Shown here piece after piece: positions 1 through 11,004 of a stretch of 64,000 bases of DNA (within the stretch, counting starts at the first letter, position 1; every line of letters begins with the position of its first letter). A model generated the notes under the pieces. It had not been told where the DNA came from. It worked only from the letters and a program-made list of their open reading frames with translations, and made no database searches. This DNA comes from a bacterium (lineage in GTDB: Bacteria > SM23-31). Position numbers and translations under genes: made by a program. The stretch covers positions 32,001-96,000 of the forward strand of contig CBDFMG010000005.1 in assembly GCA_965249485.1 (NCBI GenBank), read 5' to 3'.

Positions 1-74
1 GCTAGGTCTGCTGAGTATGCTAAAAAGAAGGAACTCTCAGATAAATTCATAGGGCTGTTAGAGGATTATAAAAA

Positions 75-299
75 ATGACCAGTTGCAAAAACATATGCAA
101 AAGATACAAGGTAAAGGGTAGCGGTTCCGGAAATCCACATTATTTTTTGGGGCATAAACGCTGCGGCACATGTGAAATATTTATCGAGTTTGACGGAATA
201 AGATGTCCATGCTGTAAGAGACAGCTGAAAGTAAAACCGCGCAGCAGAAGATCAAAGGAAATATTCCAAGACTTTTTCAAATCGATGGGAAAAAAATAA
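75..299 (+). CDS. Small Cys-rich zinc-binding protein (paralog of 22641..22853)
   Basis: CxxIC...KRCxxCEI...CPCC...L.xxPR pattern shared with 22641..22853. Confidence 0.75.
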   Translation: MTSCKNICKRYKVKGSGSGNPHYFLGHKRCGTCEIFIEFDGIRCPCCKRQLKVKPRSRRSKEIFQDFFKSMGKK

Positions 300-552
300 T
301 GGACGTGGTGCGACAACACGCAGAACCATGTGATGAACAAAAAGGCAGTAAAAGAAAATCCAAGAAACTAGAACGAAGCAGATCAACATCATAAAAAACA
401 GGCAAATACTTATGAATGACAAAATGAAAGCAAAGGAGTTTGAAAAATAATGACCAAAAGGTGGAGCCAGAATGAAATGACTCAGAGTAAACTTCGCTCT
501 CTTTCTGAATCACTTAATGCGGCATCTGGTGCTGCACCAACTAAAGGAGAAA

Positions 553-588
553 GTGAACTGCCACCGTACTTGTTGGGCGGTAGTTCAC
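553..588. mobile_element. Palindromic IS605 right-end/right-end mini element
   Basis: GTGAACTGCCACC-GTACTTGTTG-GGCGGTAGTTCAC; both arms match the right-end tip of the IS at 27340. Confidence 0.75.
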
Positions 589-611
589 GAATGGCCCATA
601 ATTCCTAGATC

Positions 612-1301
612 ATGAATAAAGAAAGCAGTCTGATATCACAACGCTGGAACGAGGAATACCAAAAAGGCAGGTATGATCACGCAAAACCAATTAGGTTTAT
701 CACAAAGATCAAAGACACGCTTCAAAAAAACCAAGGAGATCATACCAAAGGTATCGGACTGTATGTGGGGTGCGGAAACGGAAGAAACTACATTCCCTTG
801 GTAGATTCAGGCATGAATGTTCTTGGAATCGACATATCTCAGGTTGCCATAGATGAATTAACTCAAAAAATACCTAGACATTCAGACAAACTAGCATGTA
901 CTGATTTCCTAGATTTTCATTCAGCAAAGTTACTTGATTACATTATTGCCATCCAAGTTTTTCAACATGGTGCAGAAAAGACAGTTGCCAGATATTTTGA
1001 GAAAGCATTTGAGATGCTAAAACATGGTGGATTGTTGTTTCTTCGTGTAAACTCTGAATCCACACAGATCTATTTCAAACATTCAGTGATAGAACACAAT
1101 AGTTTTGGCGGATTGACAGTAAAATACAATGAAGGACCAAAAAAAGATCTCAACACACATTTTTTCTCACGTAAAGAATTGGAACATGTTTTATGCAAAA
1201 ATTTTCAGTACCTATCAAAACCCCACGAAGATTCAGCATCACGACTCCCTCCAAAAACAGGCACGTGGTCCCAATGGGAATTGGTATTAAAAAAGAAATA
1301 G
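612..1301 (+). CDS. Class I SAM-dependent methyltransferase
   Basis: Motif I LYVGCGNGRN, GIDIS, LKHGGLLFL. Confidence 0.85.
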   Translation: MNKESSLISQRWNEEYQKGRYDHAKPIRFITKIKDTLQKNQGDHTKGIGLYVGCGNGRNYIPLVDSGMNVLGIDISQVAIDELTQKIPRHSDKLACTDFLDFHSAKLLDYIIAIQVFQHGAEKTVARYFEKAFEMLKHGGLLFLRVNSESTQIYFKHSVIEHNSFGGLTVKYNEGPKKDLNTHFFSRKELEHVLCKNFQYLSKPHEDSASRLPPKTGTWSQWELVLKKK

Positions 1302-1318
1302 TTTGATGAAGATTTTAC

Positions 1319-1865
1319 AAAAATCAAGGCAAGAAAGCCCACACCGTTCAGGGTTGGGATGAATCGCCCAGAGACTTCAAGTATCAGAAAAATATTATGA
1401 TGCCATTGAACAAATCAAAATTCGCCTCATCAGTCGGTGCAGTGACACTGGATGCTGTGAAAAAATACATTGAGAAACAGAAAAAATGATCCTGACATAC
1501 GATATTAAACACAACAAAGATTTTTCTGCACAACTAATACAAGCCAAAAAGCAGGGAACAGAGGTTGCATATGTCGCACCGGCATACACAAGCCAGACTT
1601 GTAGCAGATGTGGGTCTCTGGACAACCGAAATGGAAAAAAGTTTCAATGTGTCTGCGGACACGCCGACCATGCAGATGTCAATGCGTCATTTAATATTGG
1701 AAAGCCAGTATCGTGTTGTTCTCCAGTGTTGCGAACACAAAACACGAGTCAGCTGTGCAAAGAAAGTGATTTGTGCAAGGGGAGCACTGACACCCCACAA
1801 GCGGCAATGTCAAAGATGATGATAGCCGCAGAACCCACGACACTTTAGCGAGTGGAGTATGTCAG
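1319..1865 (+). mobile_element. Internally deleted non-autonomous IS200/IS605 element (copy 1)
   Basis: Follows TTAC; left-end hairpin; TnpA C-terminal remnant FASSVGAVTLDAVKKYIEKQ; TnpB zinc ribbon TSQTCSRCG...HADVNASFNI; right end ...GAGTATGTCAG; near-identical copy at 55140. Confidence 0.85.
1486..1848 (+). pseudogene. tnpB: TnpB remnant (N-terminus fused to C-terminal zinc ribbon/RuvC-III)
   Basis: Only 120 aa; RuvC-I and RuvC-II absent. Confidence 0.8.
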
Positions 1866-1883
1866 AGCCAGATTGATCCTGAC

Positions 1884-2276
1884 GTGAAAGAGAAGCAGAG
1901 AGAGTACAGTAGAAGGCCTGACGTGAAAGAAAGAAAAAGAGAGTACAGTAGAAGGCCTGACGTGAAAGAGAAGAAAAAAGAGTACCGTAGAAGGCCTGAC
2001 GTGAAAGAAAGAAAAAGAGAATACGATAAAGAATCCTATAGCAGGCCTGACGTGAAAGAGAAGAGAAGAGAGTACCATCGAGAATACAGTAGAAGGCCTG
2101 ACGTGAAAGAGAAGCAGAGAGAATACAGCAGAAGGCCAGAGATAAAAGAGAAGAGAAGAGAGTACAGTAAAAAATACTATAGCAGGCCTGACGTGAAAGA
2201 GAAGCAGAGAGAGTACTACAGACAAAAGAAAAGAAAGTTGATGGAAAAAGGAAGAATGAAGATTGAAACCAACTGA
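1884..2276 (+). CDS. Charged RPDVKEKxREY repeat protein, copy 1
   Basis: 13/17-aa repeats, constant tail RQKKRKLMEKGxMKIETN; start uncertain (GTG inside a repeat unit). Confidence 0.55.
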   Translation: MKEKQREYSRRPDVKERKREYSRRPDVKEKKKEYRRRPDVKERKREYDKESYSRPDVKEKRREYHREYSRRPDVKEKQREYSRRPEIKEKRREYSKKYYSRPDVKEKQREYYRQKKRKLMEKGRMKIETN

Positions 2277-2414
2277 AAGAGAAGAGATGTTGGGCTCTAA
2301 AACCGTGATCATCCCCGATATTCACACATTCTTTGTAGTTGCAGAAAAGATGATAGCCGCAGAACCCACGACGCTTTAGCGAGTGGAGTATGTCAGAGCC
2401 AGATTGATCCTGAC

Positions 2415-4269
2415 GTGAAAGAGAAGCAGAGAGAATACTACAACAGATCTGACGTGAAAGAGAAGAGAAGAGAGTACAGTAGAAGGCCTGACGTGAAAGA
2501 GAAGAAAAAAGAGTACAGTAGAAGGCCTAGCGTGAAAGAAAAACAGAGAGAGTACAGAAGTAGGCCAGAGATAAAAGAGAAGAAAAGAGAGTACAATAAA
2601 GAATACTTTAGCAGGCCTGACGTGAAAGAGTACCATCGAAAATACTATAGAAGGCCTAGCGTGAAAGAAAAACAGAGAGAGTACAGAAGTAGGCCAGAGA
2701 TAAAAGAGAAGAGTAGAGAGTACAGTAACGAATACTTTAGCAGGCCTGACGTGAAAGAGAAGCAGAGAGAGTACTACAGAAGGCCTAGCGTGAAAGAGAA
2801 GAGAAGAGAGTACAGTAGAAGGCCTGACGTGAAAGAGAAGAGAAGAGAGTACAGTAGCAGACCTGACGTGAAAGAGAAGCAGAGAGAGTACCGTAGAAGG
2901 CCTGACGTGAAAGAGAAGCAGAGAGAGTACAGTAGAAGGCCTGACGTGAAAGAGAAGAGAAGAGAGTACAGTAGAAGGCCTGACGTGAAAGAAAGAAAAA
3001 GAGAATACGATAAAGAATACTTTAGCAGGCCTGACGTGAAAGAGAAGCAGAGAGAGAGTACTACAAAAGGCCAGAGATGAAAGAGAAGAAAAGAGAGTAC
3101 AGTAGAAGGCCTGACGTGAAAGAAAGAAAAAGAGAATACGGTAAAGAATACTATAGCAGGCCTGACGTGAAAGAGAAGCAGAGAGAGAGTACTACAAAAG
3201 GCCAGAGATGAAAGAGAAGCAGAGAGAGTACAGTAGAAGGCCTGACGTGAAAGAGAAGAGAAGAGAGTACAGTAAAGAATACTGTAGCAGGCCTGACGTG
3301 AAAGAGAAGCAGAGAGAGTACTACAGAAGGCCTGACGTGAAAGAGAAGCAGAGAGAGTACAGTAGAAGGCCTGACGTGAAAGAAAGAAAAAGAGAATACG
3401 ATAAAGAATACTATAGCAGGCCTGACGTAAAAAAGAAGCAGAGAGAGTACAGCAACAGGCCAGAGATAAAAGAGAAGAGAAGAGAGTACAGTAAAAAATA
3501 CTATAGCAGGCCTGACGTGAAAGAGAAGCAGAGAGAGTACAGCAGAAGGCCAGAGATAAAAGAGAAGAGAAGAGAGTACAGTAAAAAATACTATAGCAGG
3601 CCTGACGTGAAAGAGAAGCAGAGAGAGTACTACAAAAGGCCAGAGATGAAAGAGAAGAGAAGAGAGTACAGTAAAGAATACTGTAGCAGGCCTGACGTGA
3701 AAGAGAAGCAGAGAGAGTACAGCAACAGGCCAGAGATGAAAGAGAAGCAGAGAGAGTACCGTAGAAGGCCTGACGTGAAAGAAAGAAAAAGAGAATACGA
3801 TAAAGAATACAGTAGAAGGCCTGACGTGAAAGAGAAGAGAAAAGAGTACAGCAGAAGGCCAGAGATAAAAGAGAAGAGAAGAGAGTACAGTAAAGAATAC
3901 TGTAGCAGGCCTGACGTGAAAGAGAAGCAGAGAGAGTACAGCAACAGGCCAGAGATAAAAGAGAAGAGAAGAGAGTACAGTAAAAAATACTATAGCAGGC
4001 CTGACGTGAAAGAGAAGCAGAGAGAGTACAGCAACAGGCCAGAGATAAAAGAGAAGAGAAGAGAGTACAGTAAAAAATACTATAGCAGGCCTGACGTGAA
4101 AGAGAAGCAGAGAGAGTACAGTAGAAGGCCTGACGTGAAAGAAAGAAAAAGAGAATACGATAAAGAATACAGTAGAAGACCTGACGTGAAAGAGAAGAAA
4201 AGAGAGTACTACAGACAAAAGAAAAGAAAGTTGATGGAAAAAGGAGGAATGAAAATTGAAACCAACTGA
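2415..4269 (+). repeat. RPDVKEK coding tandem repeat array, copy 2, broken by two +2 GA slips
   Basis: 39/51-nt units with core AGGCCTGACGTGAAAGAG; extra GA near 3052 and 3183 splits ORFs 2415..3080 and 3208..4269. Confidence 0.85.
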
Positions 4270-4453
4270 AAGAGAAGAGGTGTCGGGCTCAGACCGTGAT
4301 TATCCCCGATATCCACACATTCTTTGTAGTTGCAGAAAAGATGATAGACAAGGAACGGCATGTCAATATCGTATCTTAGAGATTATTTTGATTCGTTCAC
4401 AAATTCATCTCAAATCACACAACAGCACAAACACAGTTTAAAAATAATTTAGG

Positions 4454-4777
4454 TTGTATCCAGATCAAATCAAAATCATCAAGGAATTCATACCAAAATT
4501 TGGTTCCATTCAAAACCACATCGTATTGCTCATCCGCGATGGCAGACTCTATGAGAATGGTGCCGAAAACAAACAATGCTGTACTGGGATTCATTCCATG
4601 AGAATTGGTCAGACTGCATACATATTCGACGGAAAGCCATTTGGCTTGAAGAGTGTATTTTGTTCTGACTTGAGATGCTTCCTGGATAATTTAGAACCTG
4701 AGTCAGTCAAGATGTTTTCAGAGTCTACAAAAAAGAAAGAAAAAATGAAAGACCCAAGAAGAAGAGCGTCAGCCTGA
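4454..4777 (+). CDS. Hypothetical protein with Cys/His cluster
   Basis: 107-aa ORF co-oriented with neighbours. Confidence 0.45.
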   Translation: MYPDQIKIIKEFIPKFGSIQNHIVLLIRDGRLYENGAENKQCCTGIHSMRIGQTAYIFDGKPFGLKSVFCSDLRCFLDNLEPESVKMFSESTKKKEKMKDPRRRASA

Positions 4778-4804
4778 TGACATGTAAAGGAATCTGTGGT
4801 AGGT

Positions 4805-4846
4805 ACACGGCGAGAAGACCACCGTACTTGTACTGTGGTAGTTCAC
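4805..4846 (+). mobile_element. IS605 left/right-end fusion mini element (5'-clipped)
   Basis: ACACGGCGAGAAGACCACCGTACTTGTACTGTGGTAGTTCAC; interrupts an MTCKGICGRY zinc-finger paralog starting at 4777. Confidence 0.75.
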
Positions 4847-5098
4847 CATGTTACTTGCACTTGTATTGATGGATATGGGAAATCCTTCTGGGATATATAA
4901 CAAGGTAAGTAGTTTAATAATTGAAGATCAAAAAAAATATGAAGAAAAAATTTCACTGATAAGAACTACTGATGATTGTGATATTCTACAAAAAGAGGCT
5001 CTGAAACTAATATCTCAAGGACACGATTCGTCTAATTTCTTCAAGGACAGAAAAGATAGGATGCTGGGCATTGCTGAGAAACGATACGATCTACTCTG

Positions 5099-5788
5099 TT
5101 GAATAATTCAACAAAACATCAAAAGTTCATCGTCTCTTATGGTGGTGGCATAAATTCAACTGCCATGATAGTGTGGCTGATTGCTCACAAAAGACCAGTT
5201 GATTATGTGGTGTTTTCTGATACTGGAAATGAGGTTCCTGAAACTTACCAGTACATCGAACAACACATGAAACCATACCTGAAAAAACATGACATTCCGT
5301 TTGTTACAGTGTATAACTACCAAAAGATATCGCTGTGGACCAGATGTATGATAAGAAAAGTTTTCCCTGACATGTACAGAAGATGGTGTACCAGAGATTT
5401 CAAGGTAAAGCCAATACACAGATTCTATCGCACTTTGAAATGTGATATTATAGAATACATGGGAATTGATTACGGCGAGATTAAAAGAATGAAACCATCT
5501 ACAGAAGAATACATCACAAAGGATTATCCACTAATTGATAATAAAATAGACCGAGATCAATGCATTTCAATCATTACTCAGGCCAAGATGCCAGTTCCTG
5601 TAAAGAGCGGGTGTTTTTTCTGTCCGTACAATAATCAGAAAAGATGGGCTTGGCTCAAAGAAACACATCCAGACCTATACAAGTTATCGGAGAAAGTGGA
5701 ACAAAACAGTAAGCATTATCCAAAGATGAGGTTAATCAATCTAGGAATAGGCAGTGATGAGATGTGCGATGGAGTATGTATGACATGA
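5099..5788 (+). CDS. PAPS reductase family (PP-loop) protein
   Basis: SYGGGINS, FSDTGNE, RWCTRDFK, KSGCFFCPY. Confidence 0.85.
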   Translation: MNNSTKHQKFIVSYGGGINSTAMIVWLIAHKRPVDYVVFSDTGNEVPETYQYIEQHMKPYLKKHDIPFVTVYNYQKISLWTRCMIRKVFPDMYRRWCTRDFKVKPIHRFYRTLKCDIIEYMGIDYGEIKRMKPSTEEYITKDYPLIDNKIDRDQCISIITQAKMPVPVKSGCFFCPYNNQKRWAWLKETHPDLYKLSEKVEQNSKHYPKMRLINLGIGSDEMCDGVCMT

Positions 5789-6208
5789 GTTCAAATCAAG
5801 ACAAGAAGAACTTGAAGCATGCAATGACGATATTTTGTATGGTGCAGAATGTGATGCTTCCTGGATAATTTGGAACCAGAGTCAGTCAAGATGTTTTCAG
5901 AGTCTACAAAAAAGCAAAAATGAAAATTCTACAAAGAAAATGTCATCAGTGTGGCATGTTGATTCCTCAACGCTGTGTCGACCTACGTGTAAATCAAGAC
6001 GGCTTTGTCATAACACAGATTTCAGTAAAATGCCAAAAAGGACACCTACAACCAAGTGAATTTGAAGATGATGCTTTCTAAAAGATAGATGTCATTGCAG
6101 TTAATCGATGTCCCAAAAAAATTCATGATGAGATTAGACAACGAGTTCCAACTGAAAATATCCCAGTTCACGGACCATAGAGACTTTTAAATTCTAAATT
6201 CTCCAAAA

Positions 6209-7012
6209 ATGCCACAAATCTGTCAATGCAAAAACCTACAAACAATCTCAGACAATGTCACAGGCGAGATAATTTGCAAAAACTGCGGAACAGTTCTGGA
6301 ATCTCATACCATAGGTTACACTGTTCCAAATGAAAAAAACACTACACAAAGATATGATTACGGCATTGGAACAGAGCCTGTAAAGATAAAACTATCACAC
6401 CGCGTATCCGAGAAAATATCCCGAAATGAATCATTGATTGGGAATAGAACAAAGAAATTGTTCGTGACAATAACTTCAATGTTGCAAAAAATCTCAGCTA
6501 CCCAATCCATCAAAAACGATGCATACGCTCTTGGAAGAAAATGTGTCTCACATGAAATGACAAAAGGCAGAACGAAAATAAATGTCTCAGCTGCATGTGT
6601 CATGGCTGCCTGCAAGGTTAACGGCAAGATGATCTCAGAGACAGAGTTGCTATCACTCACAAATAGTTCCAAAAAACAGACCAGAAAAATTTACCGTATC
6701 ATTTTGGAGCAATTTGGAGTAAAACCAATCCCAGTCCATGAGCAGACAAGAAAACTAATCTGCAGAATATGTTCAGACCTCAACATACCACACAAAACAA
6801 TGACCAGGGCATTAGAATTATTGGAGAAAGTGAAACATGAAAATCCATGTATTTGTTCTCATCCTGGAACCGTATCTGCAACTATGGTGTATGTTGCAGC
6901 AGAAAAAAAATACCAACGGAAAAAAATCGCAGGCATAGTAGGGATATCAAACGTAAACATAGGGAGCCTTTACAGAAAGATGATGATAGCCGCAGAACCC
7001 ACGACGCTTTAG
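6209..7012 (+). CDS. Divergent TFB/TFIIB-like protein
   Basis: Zn ribbon (CQC...GEIICKNCGTVL) and cyclin-fold motifs (GRxxxxxSAACVxxAC; PxxVSAxxVY); tail MMIAAEPTTL derives from the IS right end. Confidence 0.8.
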   Translation: MPQICQCKNLQTISDNVTGEIICKNCGTVLESHTIGYTVPNEKNTTQRYDYGIGTEPVKIKLSHRVSEKISRNESLIGNRTKKLFVTITSMLQKISATQSIKNDAYALGRKCVSHEMTKGRTKINVSAACVMAACKVNGKMISETELLSLTNSSKKQTRKIYRIILEQFGVKPIPVHEQTRKLICRICSDLNIPHKTMTRALELLEKVKHENPCICSHPGTVSATMVYVAAEKKYQRKKIAGIVGISNVNIGSLYRKMMIAAEPTTL

Positions 7013-7047
7013 CGAGTGGAGTATGTTAGAGCCAGATTGATCCTGAC

Positions 7048-7995
7048 GTGAAAGAGAAGAGAAGAGAGTACAGTAGAAGGCCTGACGTGAAAGAGAAGAG
7101 AAAAGAGTACAGTAGAAGGCCTGACGTGAAAGAAAGAAAAAGAGAATACGATAAAGAATACTTTAGCAGGCCTGACGTGAAAGAGAAGCAGAGAGAGTAC
7201 TACAAAAGGCCAGAGATGAAAGAGAAGAGAAGAGAGTACAGTAGAAGGCCTGACGTGAAAGAAAGAAAAAGAGAATACGATAAAGAATACTTTAGCAGGC
7301 CTGACGTGAAAGAGAAGCAGAGAGAGTACAGTAACAGGTCAGAGATGAAAGAGAAGAGAAGAGAGTACAGTAGAAGGCCTGACGTGAAAGAAAAGAGAAA
7401 AGAATACTGTAGCAGGCCTGACGTGAAAGAGAAGCAGAGAGGGTACAGTAGAAGGCCTGACGTGAAAGAAAAGAGAAGAGAGTACAGTAGAAGGCCTGAC
7501 GTGAAAGAAAAGAAAAAAGAGTACAGTAAAGAATACTTTAGCAGGCCTGACGTGAAAGAGAAGCAGAGAGAGTACTACAAAAGGCCAGAGATGAAAGAGA
7601 AGCAGAGAGAGTACAGTAGAAGGCCTGACGTGAAAGAAAGAAAAAGAGAATACGATAAAGAATACTTTAGCAGGCCTGACGTGAAAGAGAAGCAGAGAGG
7701 GTACAGTAGAAGGCCTGACGTGAAAGAGAAGCAGAGAGAGTACAGTAAAGAATACTTTAGCAGGCCTGACGTGAAAGAGAAGAGAAGAGAATACGATAAA
7801 GAATACAGTAGAAGGCCTGACGTGAAAGAGAAGAAAAAAGAGTACAGTAGAAGGCCTGACGTGAAAGAAAGAAAAAGAGAATACGATAAAGAGTACAGTA
7901 GAAGGCCTGATGTGAAAGAGAAGAGAAGAGAGTACTACAGACAAAAGAAAAGAAAGTTGATGGAAAAAGGAGGAATGAAGATTGAAACCAACTGA
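7048..7995 (+). CDS. Charged RPDVKEKxREY repeat protein, copy 3
   Basis: Uninterrupted 315-aa repeat ORF between two IS right-end copies. Confidence 0.6.
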   Translation: MKEKRREYSRRPDVKEKRKEYSRRPDVKERKREYDKEYFSRPDVKEKQREYYKRPEMKEKRREYSRRPDVKERKREYDKEYFSRPDVKEKQREYSNRSEMKEKRREYSRRPDVKEKRKEYCSRPDVKEKQRGYSRRPDVKEKRREYSRRPDVKEKKKEYSKEYFSRPDVKEKQREYYKRPEMKEKQREYSRRPDVKERKREYDKEYFSRPDVKEKQRGYSRRPDVKEKQREYSKEYFSRPDVKEKRREYDKEYSRRPDVKEKKKEYSRRPDVKERKREYDKEYSRRPDVKEKRREYYRQKKRKLMEKGGMKIETN

Positions 7996-8126
7996 AAGAG
8001 AAGAGATGTCGGGCTCAGACCGTGATCATCCCCGATATCCACACATTCTTTGTAGTTGCAGAAAAGATGATAGCCGCAGAACCCACGACGCTTTAGCGAG
8101 TGGAGTATGTCAGAACAAACTAGATA

Positions 8127-10223
8127 TTGCCTGATATAATATACACTGATTCTGCATTGTCAGATAAGTTAAAGGAATTTCTTCAAACTTTCAAGAAAGA
8201 TGGCAAATACATCTACGTTGATAAAATCGATTCCATGATGCCTAAAAACAGAGCTTGGCTCAAGGTAGATTATCTAGATTTTGTAGGAACTGAATTAGAG
8301 ACAATGTTTGGTAGTGACCCAGAGCGACTGATCAAGCAGTTCTCACGAGCCATAAAGGAAGTTCTTAACCAAAGATTCCATGATTTTGCAAACAGTGTAC
8401 AAAAAAAGATCAGTGTGCGAATAATGAATTACCCACTATGCATATCCACAAGAGAAATCAATGAGGACTGTATCGGCAAATTCATTTCAGTCTATGGATT
8501 CATAATTAAGACAAGCAGGCCTGTTTACATTCCAACCAAAATAATTTACACGTGTGAAGCGGGGCACGAGATAACAGTTGATTCAGATTTTGGAATTCCG
8601 GACGTGCCAGTTAGATGTAGCAATATTGAAGGTGGCAAGAGATGTACGAAAAGGTTTGAGATTGAAAATCCAATTGATTTGATTCCATTACAGAATGTAT
8701 CTGTTCAAGACTTACCAAGCGTTTTGCCCCCTGGAGAGATACCTGGCCAAAGTACTATTGCAGTAACTGGAAGTCTAATTGAAGAATGCAGACCCGGTGA
8801 CAAGGTAATCATCAGTGGTGTTTTAAAAAAACAGAGAATCATTACAAAGAAAAAACGATTGCAGATTCAATTCAGATTACAACTAAATGCGAATAATGTT
8901 AAAAAAATCTCATCTGAAAATACAGAGATCAGTGAAAAAACAAAACAAGAGATAGAGTCAATAATCAAAATGCCTGAAAAAAGAAGATATGAGATGCTGG
9001 TTAACTCTATTGCGCCCCATGTTCAGGGCTATGATCTAATCAAAGAATCACTATTGCTATTGCTTGCAGCACATGCACCAAAAGAACAGACAGATTATTC
9101 CAGGATAAAGTGGGATGGAATGGACGATGATGAAAACTATGTGGTAAAAAGAAGGTGGGACATCAACATATTTCTGGTAGGTGATCCTGGAACTGCAAAG
9201 AGTGAACTCTTAAAATTCGTAGCAAGGGTAGCTCCAAGAGGAATATACACATCTGGACAAGGCTCTACTGCCGTAGGTCTTACTGCAGCACTCATAAAAG
9301 ATCCAGTCACAAATGAATATCAGATAGCAGCAGGAGCTATGGTTTTGGCAGATCTGGGAGTAGTGTCTATTGACGAATTTGACAAGATGAAAGAGGAAGA
9401 CAGAAGCGCGTGCCATGAAACCATGGAGAACCAAACGGCAACAATAGCAAAGGGCGGGGTCTATGCTCAACTTAATGCAAGAACCTCTGTACTAGCAGCA
9501 GCAAATCCCAAACAAGGAAAATATGATCCATATGGTACAGTATATGAAAACACTAGACTGCCAATACCGTTGCTTACAAGGTTTGATCTAATCTGGAAGG
9601 TTCGTGACATTCCAGACAAGGAAAAAGACGCGCTGGTTGCACAAAGAATTATTGCCGCTGATACGAACATTGGGGAAATGACAAGAAACACGTTTTCTCC
9701 AAAACAACTAACACAGTATTTGACATACATCAAACAGATTCATCCAACCACAACAAAAGAAGCACAAAAAATGATGGAAGAATACTATGTAAAAATAAGA
9801 TCCAAAAATGATGAAGATTTTACAATCACGCCACGACAGTTTGAGGCAACACTTCGAATTGCCACTGCAAGAGCTACAGTATTGAACAAAAAAGTGGTGG
9901 ATGAGGAAGATGTGGAGCGGGCAATTTTCATCATGAGTAAAATGTTTGATGACACGGTAGTTGATCCTGCAACTGGAAAGAGAGACATGTCAGTAATGGA
10001 TACAGGCCACAGTAAATCAGACAATGCTAAATTTGATCTGGCAAAAGATATCATGATTGCACTGCAGGGGGAGTTCAACAATCCAATAGATGAGCAGGAA
10101 ATAATTGATGAATTTGCAAAAAGTGGCAGATTTGGCGACAATGCACGAAACTTTTTTGAAAAGTTAAAAAGTGAAAATCTGATTTACAATCCAAGTTCAG
10201 GTAAATGGCGATGGATACTGTGA
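8127..10223 (+). CDS. mcm: MCM replicative helicase
   Basis: Walker A GDPGTAKS, STAVGLTAA, Walker B IDEFDKM, AAANP, arginine finger TRFD, ITPRQ. Confidence 0.97.
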   Translation: MPDIIYTDSALSDKLKEFLQTFKKDGKYIYVDKIDSMMPKNRAWLKVDYLDFVGTELETMFGSDPERLIKQFSRAIKEVLNQRFHDFANSVQKKISVRIMNYPLCISTREINEDCIGKFISVYGFIIKTSRPVYIPTKIIYTCEAGHEITVDSDFGIPDVPVRCSNIEGGKRCTKRFEIENPIDLIPLQNVSVQDLPSVLPPGEIPGQSTIAVTGSLIEECRPGDKVIISGVLKKQRIITKKKRLQIQFRLQLNANNVKKISSENTEISEKTKQEIESIIKMPEKRRYEMLVNSIAPHVQGYDLIKESLLLLLAAHAPKEQTDYSRIKWDGMDDDENYVVKRRWDINIFLVGDPGTAKSELLKFVARVAPRGIYTSGQGSTAVGLTAALIKDPVTNEYQIAAGAMVLADLGVVSIDEFDKMKEEDRSACHETMENQTATIAKGGVYAQLNARTSVLAAANPKQGKYDPYGTVYENTRLPIPLLTRFDLIWKVRDIPDKEKDALVAQRIIAADTNIGEMTRNTFSPKQLTQYLTYIKQIHPTTTKEAQKMMEEYYVKIRSKNDEDFTITPRQFEATLRIATARATVLNKKVVDEEDVERAIFIMSKMFDDTVVDPATGKRDMSVMDTGHSKSDNAKFDLAKDIMIALQGEFNNPIDEQEIIDEFAKSGRFGDNARNFFEKLKSENLIYNPSSGKWRWIL

Positions 10224-10259
10224 CAAAACAAAAAAGACGGCCAAAAAAGCATTATTATC

Positions 10260-10499
10260 TTGCCTGATAACATCCGCTACCCAAGAAATTTTCTTGACGA
10301 GTTCCTATCAGAAGTGAGTGAGATAATACGACTCCAAAAAAAGATAGGAAAGTCAAGAGTCAATACCACAATATCAACAGATACTCAAAGTAAATTCCAA
10401 GAATTTGTTAAAAAAAGACATAATGGATTGCTAAAAGGCCCATATTCTTATGAGTTGGAGAGAGCAATGTTGCTTTACCTTCATTTCTTTGATATATGA
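10260..10499 (+). CDS. Putative ribbon-helix-helix DNA-binding protein
   Basis: SRVNT...ELERAMLLY motif shared with 11005..11460. Confidence 0.55.
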   Translation: MPDNIRYPRNFLDEFLSEVSEIIRLQKKIGKSRVNTTISTDTQSKFQEFVKKRHNGLLKGPYSYELERAMLLYLHFFDI

Positions 10500-10585
10500 T
10501 CGCAAAAAATCATTCCAAAATAACCGATCAGCAATCATGCCAAGTCTTTGCAAGGCCATGCCTAGATCTCGGTGCACTTGCACAT

Positions 10586-10990
10586 AACTACATATAATTT
10601 CATGACTATTTGATCCAAAAATCAACTAATTGTTTGTTTGTTGTTTGTTTGCAAGGCAATCGAAAAAGAATTTTAAACTTATTTTTAGGCACAAAAAACC
10701 AATGATTTTGCTGATTTATACTACTTTACTTCAAAGTCTTTGTAGTTTAACGTCATTCAACGTTGAACAACGCTAAACTGCAATAACTTGATTGAGAATA
10801 TGCAGTTTAACACTAAACTACATATAATTATTAGATCTGTAGGTGTAAGTTATTCTAAAAATGGTGATTGTTATCCTTCAAACAAAGAAACAACAAACAA
10901 ACAATTTCATGCGTGTTGGTGTTAAACTACAAATTGCAGTTTAGCGTTAAACTACAAATTGCAGTTTAGCGTTAAACTGCATATAATTAT
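10586..10990. promoter_or_regulatory. Repeat-rich intergenic region, candidate replication origin or operator array
   Basis: Inverted TGTTTGTTTGTTGTTT / AAACAACAAACAAACA arms; repeated GYAGTTTA..TAAACTRC palindromes; three AACTRCATATAATT. Confidence 0.55.
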
Positions 10991-11004
10991 AGATCGTACT
11001 TAGA

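Noticed and set aside
1810..7944. Long hydrophobic - strand ORFs over the arrays
   Set aside because: Antisense shadows of a purine-rich repeat.
1880..7995. RPDVKEK arrays as a CRISPR array
   Set aside because: Inter-repeat segments are similar to each other, keep codon phase and recur; no cas genes in the window.
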